Shown piece after piece: positions 57,715-64,000 of a stretch of DNA of 64,000 nt. The notes under the pieces are model-generated. The model made no database searches. It was given only the letters and a program-made list of their open reading frames with translations, and was not told where the DNA came from. This stretch comes from Flavobacterium sp. (lineage in GTDB: Bacteria; Bacteroidota; Bacteroidia; Flavobacteriales; Flavobacteriaceae), in contig NZ_JBIISE010000002.1 in the NCBI RefSeq assembly GCF_044341185.1, forward strand, positions 25,205 through 89,204, in the 5' to 3' direction. Numbering within the stretch: position 1 is the first letter of the stretch; the number at the start of each line of letters is the position of its first letter. The translations under genes were made by a program, and so were the position numbers.

Positions 57715-58170
57715 TTATTTCAATATATCTTGTATTATTTTTAAATGATGTTTGGTGTGAATCGTTAAAAATTTTTTGGTTTGTTTTACATTTAAATCCT
57801 TAAAATAAGGGTGATTAAAAAACTGATTTTCAGAAAAAGTATCCAGTTTTAAAACATTGTTTTTTGCTGCGGCTAATTTTGCGATTAGTTCCTCTTGAGT
57901 AGCAACCTGAGTTGGAATAACGACTTTTGGCGCTTTAGCTTTACCTCTTGGGATTTTACCTGTTGTAAAAACCATAAATTTAGGAAAGGTCCATTTGGGT
58001 TGATATTTAGATGGGGCTGAAATTTCTAATTGACCAATAATGACATTTATCACTAACAAACAATGATCTATTTGCCAGCCAATAGTGCTGTTGGAGACTT
58101 TAAAATTGGTTTTGTCAAGATTTGGTAGATGACTTTCTAATTGAAGAAGTAAATGTTCGAGTGGGTTCAT
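57715..58170 (-). CDS. DinB-superfamily / DUF1569-like protein
   Basis: 151 aa. The C-terminal FNHPYFKDLNVKQTKKFLTIHTKHHLKII resembles the DUF1569 pattern. This is a weak, memory-based assignment. Confidence 0.45.
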   Translation of the reverse strand: MNPLEHLLLQLESHLPNLDKTNFKVSNSTIGWQIDHCLLVINVIIGQLEISAPSKYQPKWTFPKFMVFTTGKIPRGKAKAPKVVIPTQVATQEELIAKLAAAKNNVLKLDTFSENQFFNHPYFKDLNVKQTKKFLTIHTKHHLKIIQDILK

Positions 58171-58242
58171 AATTTCTGAAAATAAGAAAGTTGCCTAAAA
58201 AAATAATTTCCTCTTAGGCAACTTTTATTATTATATTAAATT

Positions 58243-59208
58243 TTACAATTCGTTCAACAACTTAGACAATTCGTCTAATTTTGGTGTTAAAATAAATTCA
58301 ATTCTACGATTTTTTGCTTTTCCTTCTGCGGTTTCATTTGATAATAAAGGTGCGAACTCACCACGACCAGCTGCTGTTAAATTTTCTTTTTTAACTTTGG
58401 CATTAGCCGATAAAATGGTTACAATTGCTGTTGCACGTTTGGTAGATAAATCCCAGTTATTTTCTACACCACCACCTATAGAACCAACAATTTTATCATT
58501 ATCTGTATGACCTTCAATAAGTACTGAAATATCAGGATTATCACCTAAAACTTTCCCTACTAAATCAACTGCTTTTTTACCTTCTGTTCCAACAGTCCAA
58601 CTTCCCGACTCGAAAAGTAATTTATTTTCCATAGAAACATACACTTTTCCATCTCTTTCAGTAACGGTTAACCCTTTTCCTTCAAAGGCTTTAAGTGATT
58701 TAGATAACGTTTCTTTCAGTTTTTTCATAGCCGCTTCTTTGTCGGCCATAATTTTTTCTAATTCTGCTAAACGCGTAGATGATTTTAATAAATCGGCTTT
58801 CAATTTATTTAATTTATCTTGTTCAGCAGCCATTGCTTTTTGTTTGGCTTCTAATTCGGCTAAAAGTTCACGATTTTTTTTAATATTAGCATCTAACGCT
58901 TCATTACTATCTTTCTCCAATGCATCGTAAGATGATTTTAAATTGTCTAAACTTTTCTTAGTTGCCGCATAATCAGCAGCTAATTTATCGCGTTCTGCCT
59001 TTAATTTTTCTGCTTCTGTTTTGTATTTGTTTAAATCGGTTTGCAAAGTAGAATTATTGGTTTTCAACCCTTCATTTTCATCTGCTAACGCGTTGCGTTC
59101 TTTTTTTAAATCCGCAAACTTGTTTTCTAAATCTTGATAGATTTTTTTTGAAACACAAGATGTACTCAAACTTAATATCGCAAGTCCTAATGTGATTTTT
59201 CTTATCAT
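58243..59208 (-). CDS. OmpA-family lipoprotein with a long coiled-coil
   Basis: Lipobox LSLSTSC. About 170 aa of heptad-rich Lys/Glu/Ala/Leu sequence. C-terminal OmpA_C domain (GHTDN...NWDLSTKRA...NRRIEF). Confidence 0.85.
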   Translation of the reverse strand: MIRKITLGLAILSLSTSCVSKKIYQDLENKFADLKKERNALADENEGLKTNNSTLQTDLNKYKTEAEKLKAERDKLAADYAATKKSLDNLKSSYDALEKDSNEALDANIKKNRELLAELEAKQKAMAAEQDKLNKLKADLLKSSTRLAELEKIMADKEAAMKKLKETLSKSLKAFEGKGLTVTERDGKVYVSMENKLLFESGSWTVGTEGKKAVDLVGKVLGDNPDISVLIEGHTDNDKIVGSIGGGVENNWDLSTKRATAIVTILSANAKVKKENLTAAGRGEFAPLLSNETAEGKAKNRRIEFILTPKLDELSKLLNEL

Positions 59209-59296
59209 CTTTTTATTTATATTTGATTCTGTTCGAATCGGTTATTATTATTTACTTTAGACGTTTCTTTTTCTAATTTGGTTGTGTACTATTTAT

Positions 59297-60058
59297 CTAA
59301 CCTATTTCTACCAAAACCGGACAATGATCTGAGTGTTTGGCTTCTGGTAAAATTAATGCTCTTTTTATTTTATCTTTTAATGGTTCGGCAGCTAAACAGT
59401 AATCAATTCGCCAACCTTTATTGTTATTTCTTGCATTTGCTCTATAACTCCACCAGCTATAATTATGTGGTTCTTTATTTAGATGACGAAATGTATCAAT
59501 CATTCCTGTTTTCATAAAACCATCTAACCAAGCACGTTCTTCGGGTAAAAATCCTGATGTTTTTTCGTTTCCTTTTGGATTATGAATATCAATAGCTTCG
59601 TGACAAATATTATAATCGCCACAAACTACTAAATGCGGAATTTCTTGTCGCAAGTTTACGATATAGTTTTGAATTTCGTCCATATATTGAAACTTATATC
59701 CAAGTCTGTCATTATTGGTACCAGATGGCAAATACATACTCATTACGGAAAGGTTTTCAAAATCTACACGTAAATTCCTTCCTTCAAAATCCATACTTTC
59801 TATGCCAGTTCCAAAAACAATATTTTTAGGTTCCGTTTTACATAAAATGGCAACGCCGCTATACCCTTTTTTTTGGGCTGAAAAATAATATTGATACGGA
59901 TAACCCGCAGCCGTTATTTCATCTGTAGGAATTTGATCTTCAGTAGCTTTTATTTCCTGCAAACATATCACATCCGGATTTGCACTTTGTAACCATTCTA
60001 TAAACCCTTTGGTTATGGCTGCTCTAATTCCGTTTACATTATATGAGATAATCTTCAT
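59297..60058 (-). CDS. xth: Exodeoxyribonuclease III
   Basis: 253 aa. MKIISYNVNGIRA, LQEIK, GDYNICHE and SDHCPV. Confidence 0.93.
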   Translation of the reverse strand: MKIISYNVNGIRAAITKGFIEWLQSANPDVICLQEIKATEDQIPTDEITAAGYPYQYYFSAQKKGYSGVAILCKTEPKNIVFGTGIESMDFEGRNLRVDFENLSVMSMYLPSGTNNDRLGYKFQYMDEIQNYIVNLRQEIPHLVVCGDYNICHEAIDIHNPKGNEKTSGFLPEERAWLDGFMKTGMIDTFRHLNKEPHNYSWWSYRANARNNNKGWRIDYCLAAEPLKDKIKRALILPEAKHSDHCPVLVEIG

Positions 60059-60316
60059 TAACTATTTTAAGTTTAAAACTGTACTAAATTTTTATTTTCA
60101 AACCTACTTTTGCTTATTTTCAGAATGTACGTTTGTGTTTAAAAATCTAATTCTCAAAAATAGAAAAAGTTTTCAATAAAATGTGTCATTAAATGAGTAA
60201 TTTATAAAAAATTTAGCAAAAAATGCCAATTATTAAATTGTTAGCAATTGTTACAGCAAGTTATACGGAAATTGAATAGAATTGCTATCTTTGTTTCTCT
60301 GTCTAAACACAAATAA

Positions 60317-62110
60317 ATGGGATTAGTTACTGCAAAAGAAGTAGCGAAAGCGATAAAAACGGATAAGTATGGTTTTTTAGGAACTTTTTCTGGGTGGTTA
60401 CTCATGAAAGTTCTCAAAATTTCTACACTCAATAAAATATACAATCGAAATAAACATTTAAGTGATTTAGAGTTTTTGAATGCTATTTTAGATGAGTTTC
60501 AAATTAAATTTGAAATTCCGGAAGAAGATTTAAAACGTTTACCAAAAGACGGCGCTTATATTACCATTTCAAATCATCCTTTAGGTGGAATTGACGGTAT
60601 TTTATTACTGAAATTAATGCTTGAACGCGAACCTAATTTCAAAATAATTGCCAATTTTTTATTACACAGAATTGAACCGATGAAACCGTATATTATGCCG
60701 GTTAATCCGTTTGAAAATCATAAAGATGCTAAATCAAGTGTAATTGGAATAAAAGAAACCTTACGTCATTTGAGTGATGGTAAACCTTTAGGGATTTTTC
60801 CTGCGGGAGAAGTTTCCACATACAAAGACGGCAAATTAATAGTAGATAAACCTTGGGAAGAAGGCGCTTTAAAAATTATTAAAAAAGCAAAAGTACCAGT
60901 TGTTCCTATTTATTTTCACGCTCAAAACAGCAAGTTATTTTATAGTTTATCCAAATTAAATGATACATTACGTACGGCAAAATTACCAAGCGAATTATTA
61001 ACTCAAAAACATCGTATAATAAAAGTTCGAATTGGAAAACCCATTTCGGTTAATGAACTAAATGAACACGAAAGTATTCCAGAATTAGGAAAGTTTTTAA
61101 GAAAGAAAACCTATATGCTTTCTAATTCTTTTGAAGAAGAAAACTTTAAGTTGACGTTTCCAAAATTCACAAGTCCTAAAGCAGCGAAACAAATTGTAAA
61201 ACCTGCCAATCACGAACAAATTATTGAAGAAATTAATTTCTTAAAAGAAGGTGATTATCAATTATTGCAAAGTAAAAACTATAAAGTATTTTTAGTAACT
61301 GCCGAAAAAATTCCAAATATTTTACACGAAATTGGTCGTTTACGAGAAATTACTTTTAGAGAAGTAGGCGAAGGCACGAATGAAGCCATTGATTTAGACA
61401 AATATGACCAGTATTATCATCATATGTTTTTATGGGATGACGATGCTCAAATGATTGCCGGAGCATATAGAATGGGATTTGGCTCGAAAATATTTCCTAA
61501 ATATGGTTTAGAAGGTTTCTATTTAAACGAACTTTTTAAATTTGAACCCGAATTAAATGATATGATGAGCCATTCTATTGAAATGGGAAGGGCTTTTATT
61601 ATTTCGCAATACCAACAAAAACCGATGCCCTTGTTTTTACTTTGGAAAGGAATTGTGCATACGACTTTACATTATCCTGAACATAAATTTTTAATTGGTG
61701 GTGTGAGTATTAGTAATCAGTTTTCAGAATTTTCGAAATCGTTAATGATTGAATTTATGAAATCCAATTATTACGATCCATATGTGGCGCAATATATTAA
61801 ACCGAAAAAAGAGTTTAAGGTAAAATTAAAAGACGCAGACAAAGATTTCGTTTTCAATGAAACTGAAGCCGACTTAAATAAATTTGATAAAATTATTGAT
61901 GAAATTGAACCAGGATCGTTACGATTGCCTGTTTTAATTAAAAAATACATCAAACAAAACGCTAAAGTTGTAGCGTTTAACGTTGACCCAATGTTTAACA
62001 ATGCAATTGACGGGTTGATGTATATAAAAATTTCAGATATTCCAGAAAGTACAGTAAAACCCGTTATGGAAGAATTTCAAGCGGAATTAGAAAGAAAACA
62101 TAAAGGCTAA
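60317..62110 (+). CDS. Bifunctional acyltransferase: N-terminal PlsC/lysophospholipid-acyltransferase-like domain plus C-terminal GNAT/OlsB-like N-acyltransferase domain (OlsF-like aminolipid synthase)
   Basis: 597 aa. The N-terminal half has ITISNHPLGGIDG and FPAGEVS (acyltransferase blocks). The C-terminal half has LRLRxxxF-like RLREITFREVGEGT. The domain order matches the described OlsF of Serratia/Flavobacterium. Confidence 0.65.
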   Translation: MGLVTAKEVAKAIKTDKYGFLGTFSGWLLMKVLKISTLNKIYNRNKHLSDLEFLNAILDEFQIKFEIPEEDLKRLPKDGAYITISNHPLGGIDGILLLKLMLEREPNFKIIANFLLHRIEPMKPYIMPVNPFENHKDAKSSVIGIKETLRHLSDGKPLGIFPAGEVSTYKDGKLIVDKPWEEGALKIIKKAKVPVVPIYFHAQNSKLFYSLSKLNDTLRTAKLPSELLTQKHRIIKVRIGKPISVNELNEHESIPELGKFLRKKTYMLSNSFEEENFKLTFPKFTSPKAAKQIVKPANHEQIIEEINFLKEGDYQLLQSKNYKVFLVTAEKIPNILHEIGRLREITFREVGEGTNEAIDLDKYDQYYHHMFLWDDDAQMIAGAYRMGFGSKIFPKYGLEGFYLNELFKFEPELNDMMSHSIEMGRAFIISQYQQKPMPLFLLWKGIVHTTLHYPEHKFLIGGVSISNQFSEFSKSLMIEFMKSNYYDPYVAQYIKPKKEFKVKLKDADKDFVFNETEADLNKFDKIIDEIEPGSLRLPVLIKKYIKQNAKVVAFNVDPMFNNAIDGLMYIKISDIPESTVKPVMEEFQAELERKHKG

Positions 62111-62133
62111 TTAAAAATTATTAATTAGCCTTT
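62102..62133. terminator. Perfect 13-bp hairpin between the convergent acyltransferase and M48 peptidase genes (putative bidirectional terminator)
   Basis: aaaggctaattaa (62102-62114) pairs with ttaattagccttt (62121-62133). The left arm contains the stop codon at 62108-62110. Confidence 0.5.
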
Positions 62134-62148
62134 AGTTTGGTTTAAAAA

Positions 62149-62946
62149 TTATTCTCTGTTTTTAGCAACATTTTCTTTAAATGCTTTAAATGCTTCTTTT
62201 GAAAGAATTGCTTTAGATTTAATTTTCTTTCCTTTTAAATAATTAAGAATGTATTTCGCACGATCTTCCGCTTCTGGGTGCGTAGTTATCAAATAAGTAT
62301 ATTTATGCATTTCGTTATCTAAAGACAAATCATACATAAAATCTGCAAAAGGTCTTGGGTCTATTTTTGCTTTTAGCATATATCGAACACTTTCCATATC
62401 GGCTTCTCTTTCCAAACTTCTATCATAAGCAGAAGAGGTTAACGTATTCACCACTTTGGCAATTTGACTACCATTTGCTCCTGTTGCCATTGAAACCAAA
62501 ACTGAAAATCCAATTTCCTTTGATAATTTTTTCATAACATGGTTTTTTTCAATGTGAGCCATTTCATGCCCTAAAACCCCTAGTAAAGCTTGTTCGTTTT
62601 TACTAGCTTCAATCAGTCCAGAATAGACTACTAAATGATTATCTGGCATAGCAAAAGCATTTACTTGACTGTTTTTTACTATATGCACTTTTAAACTATC
62701 TCTTTCTATATTATTTGCTTTACACAATGGCAATAATAAAGCATCTAAAGTTGACACAATTGAATCATCATAAATTACATCCTCATTTTGTTCAATTTCG
62801 TCCCAAATAATATCTCCAATTTTATCTTCTGCAAATACTTTATTTTGTTCTATTTCAAAAAATGAAACAAAATCCACTTGTGCAAGTAAAAACCAACACA
62901 AGAAAAACCCGCCATAAACGAGTATTGCTTTACTTATAATTTTCAT
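62149..62946 (-). CDS. M48-family zinc metallopeptidase
   Basis: GVLGHEMAHIEKNH (HExxH) plus a downstream Glu-containing segment and an N-terminal TM/signal. 265 aa. Confidence 0.85.
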   Translation of the reverse strand: MKIISKAILVYGGFFLCWFLLAQVDFVSFFEIEQNKVFAEDKIGDIIWDEIEQNEDVIYDDSIVSTLDALLLPLCKANNIERDSLKVHIVKNSQVNAFAMPDNHLVVYSGLIEASKNEQALLGVLGHEMAHIEKNHVMKKLSKEIGFSVLVSMATGANGSQIAKVVNTLTSSAYDRSLEREADMESVRYMLKAKIDPRPFADFMYDLSLDNEMHKYTYLITTHPEAEDRAKYILNYLKGKKIKSKAILSKEAFKAFKENVAKNRE

Positions 62947-63376
62947 CTTTCTTAACTAAAATATTTGTTAAATCACTAAAGAAAAACAGCTGAGCATGTA
63001 TTCCTTTTCTTGTTCTTGACGCTAAAATAATAGTTGAAATAAATTCAACTAAATTAAATATAATTAAAGTTAACATGTATCCAAAATATACGTTTGTGAC
63101 CTTTTCATCGTAAAAAATAATTGAAACCGTCCACCAAAAACCGGTGCTATTTAGAAAAAACAAACCAAATTGCGACAATAAATTTTGAGTACAATGCCAT
63201 TTTACAAATGGCGTACTTTTTCTATTTCCTAAATAGAAAAATATGGATGCTAATAAATTCAAAATTGGCAATGGCAATCCTCCAATAACCGCTACTAAAG
63301 ACATTAAGTAACTATTTGAAGCGCGTTCTAATTCAGAATCATTAGGCTTGTAATAAAAGTTTGTGTTTGAAATCAT
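62930..63376 (-). CDS. Small polytopic membrane protein (DUF4870-like?)
   Basis: 148 aa with 3-4 TM. ERASNSYLMSLVAVIGG...VKWHCTQNL resembles DUF4870/Tic20-like proteins; weak. Overlaps the M48 gene start by 17 nt. Confidence 0.5.
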   Translation of the reverse strand: MISNTNFYYKPNDSELERASNSYLMSLVAVIGGLPLPILNLLASIFFYLGNRKSTPFVKWHCTQNLLSQFGLFFLNSTGFWWTVSIIFYDEKVTNVYFGYMLTLIIFNLVEFISTIILASRTRKGIHAQLFFFSDLTNILVKKDENYK

Positions 63377-63378
63377 AA

Positions 63379-63819
63379 TTATATATTTTTTTTAATATTC
63401 CAATACCAATTTAATATAACCAATAAAAATAAAAGAATTGCTATTGGTTTTTTTGAAATAAATCGTTCTGACGCTTTATAAAATTTAAAAAAACTATCCG
63501 ATTTTTTTATTAAATCTATGCCAATCCAAAATGGCACCACCAACATAATTGTTGCTACAAGAATGCCAAATGGATTTAAAAGTAGTGAAGAAAAAAATTC
63601 TCCATTAAATACCAATTGAACAGACCTAGTTGTTCCGCAAGAAGGGCAAGGATAAGTAGTGACTTTTTTAAATAAACAACCAATATGCTTTTCTTTAAAA
63701 AAAGTTACGTTTGAAAAAACGAGCCAAGCATATCCAAAAGCAATTGCAATTAACAGAAAAATATACAGTTTGTTTCTCTTCATTTCCATTAATCGTTTAA
63801 AAAAATTGTCTAAAAACAT
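63379..63819 (-). CDS. DUF2752-like membrane protein
   Basis: TYPCPSCGTTRS (CPxCGxTR) after the first TM. 146 aa. The start may be M11 or M13. It ends 2 nt before the next gene. Confidence 0.6.
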   Translation of the reverse strand: MFLDNFFKRLMEMKRNKLYIFLLIAIAFGYAWLVFSNVTFFKEKHIGCLFKKVTTYPCPSCGTTRSVQLVFNGEFFSSLLLNPFGILVATIMLVVPFWIGIDLIKKSDSFFKFYKASERFISKKPIAILLFLLVILNWYWNIKKNI

Positions 63820-63870
63820 CAGAGATTTTAGACAATTTTATTTAATACATCATCGCTTGATTAAATTTTT

Positions 63871-64000
63871 CTAGATTCTTTTGTTTCGTTGCTCCTTGTA
63901 TTAAGAACCAATCTACAATTGCCCATATTCCGACACCACCACAAGTAAGTAGTTTACCCACTCCCATTCCTGTATCTCCTATGTAAAATCTATCAATTCC
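63871..64000 (-). CDS. TM2-domain protein, C-terminal fragment (the N-terminus lies beyond the window end)
   Basis: Not in the ORF track. My minus-strand translation is [43 protein letters not shown], which matches the TM2 pattern (RFYxG...GGxGIWxxxDxxxI). Stop codon cta at 63871-63873. Confidence 0.6.

Overview
This is an AT-rich, tightly packed chromosomal segment that looks like Flavobacteriaceae (Bacteroidota). The supporting signs are TTTG-N19-TAnnTTTG promoter boxes, a T9SS C-terminal sorting domain, a mevalonate pathway, a DnaQ-DnaE fusion and an atpDC pair split from the rest of the atp genes. Almost all of it is housekeeping.

Gene content, in order:
- The N-terminal part of dnaE (minus strand, runs off the window start), a lipoprotein and a pseudouridine synthase.
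- A UbiA prenyltransferase with two mevalonate-pathway genes, then tspO.
- An HI0933-type flavoprotein, an S9 peptidase, a DctA/GltP symporter and DedA.
- An FAD oxidoreductase, mtgA and an SDR.
- A TonB-dependent receptor, a small His/Cys membrane protein and asd.
- A TlpA-like thioredoxin, aspS and a cold-shock protein.
- A complete 14-gene NDH-1 operon, nuoA-N (23059-35934).
- A biotin operon: bioF, a DUF2007 ORF, bioD, bioA and a KAS-type condensing enzyme.
- atpDC, then a 1274-aa T9SS-secreted multidomain surface protein.
- glmS, a DUF4270 lipoprotein and a half-size GlgA-like protein.
- panC, panD, a UPF0104 membrane protein and an esterase.
- radA, an aldo/keto reductase, a DinB/DUF1569-like protein and an OmpA-family lipoprotein.
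- xth, an OlsF-like bifunctional acyltransferase, and an M48 peptidase/small-membrane-protein operon ending in a partial TM2-domain gene.

I found no rRNA, tRNA, CRISPR array, transposase, integrase or recognisable defence genes. I cannot point to a clear-cut novel multi-gene system.

The most interesting candidates are:
1. An apparently catalytic KAS I/II-like enzyme translationally coupled to bioA, in a bio operon with no known pimelate-synthesis gene.
2. A 42-bp near-perfect direct repeat (a copy of the glmS terminator) bracketing the 4.3-kb T9SS adhesin cassette just downstream of glmS.
3. A DGGGP-synthase-like UbiA prenyltransferase embedded with the mevalonate genes.
4. Several small structured or repeat elements: a G-quadruplex heptamer array, a 10-bp tandem repeat that creates ATG-TAA mini-uORFs ahead of asd, a motif array upstream of the TonB receptor, and inverted repeats inside the bio operon.

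All functional calls rest on motifs read by eye in the supplied translations. No database search was possible.
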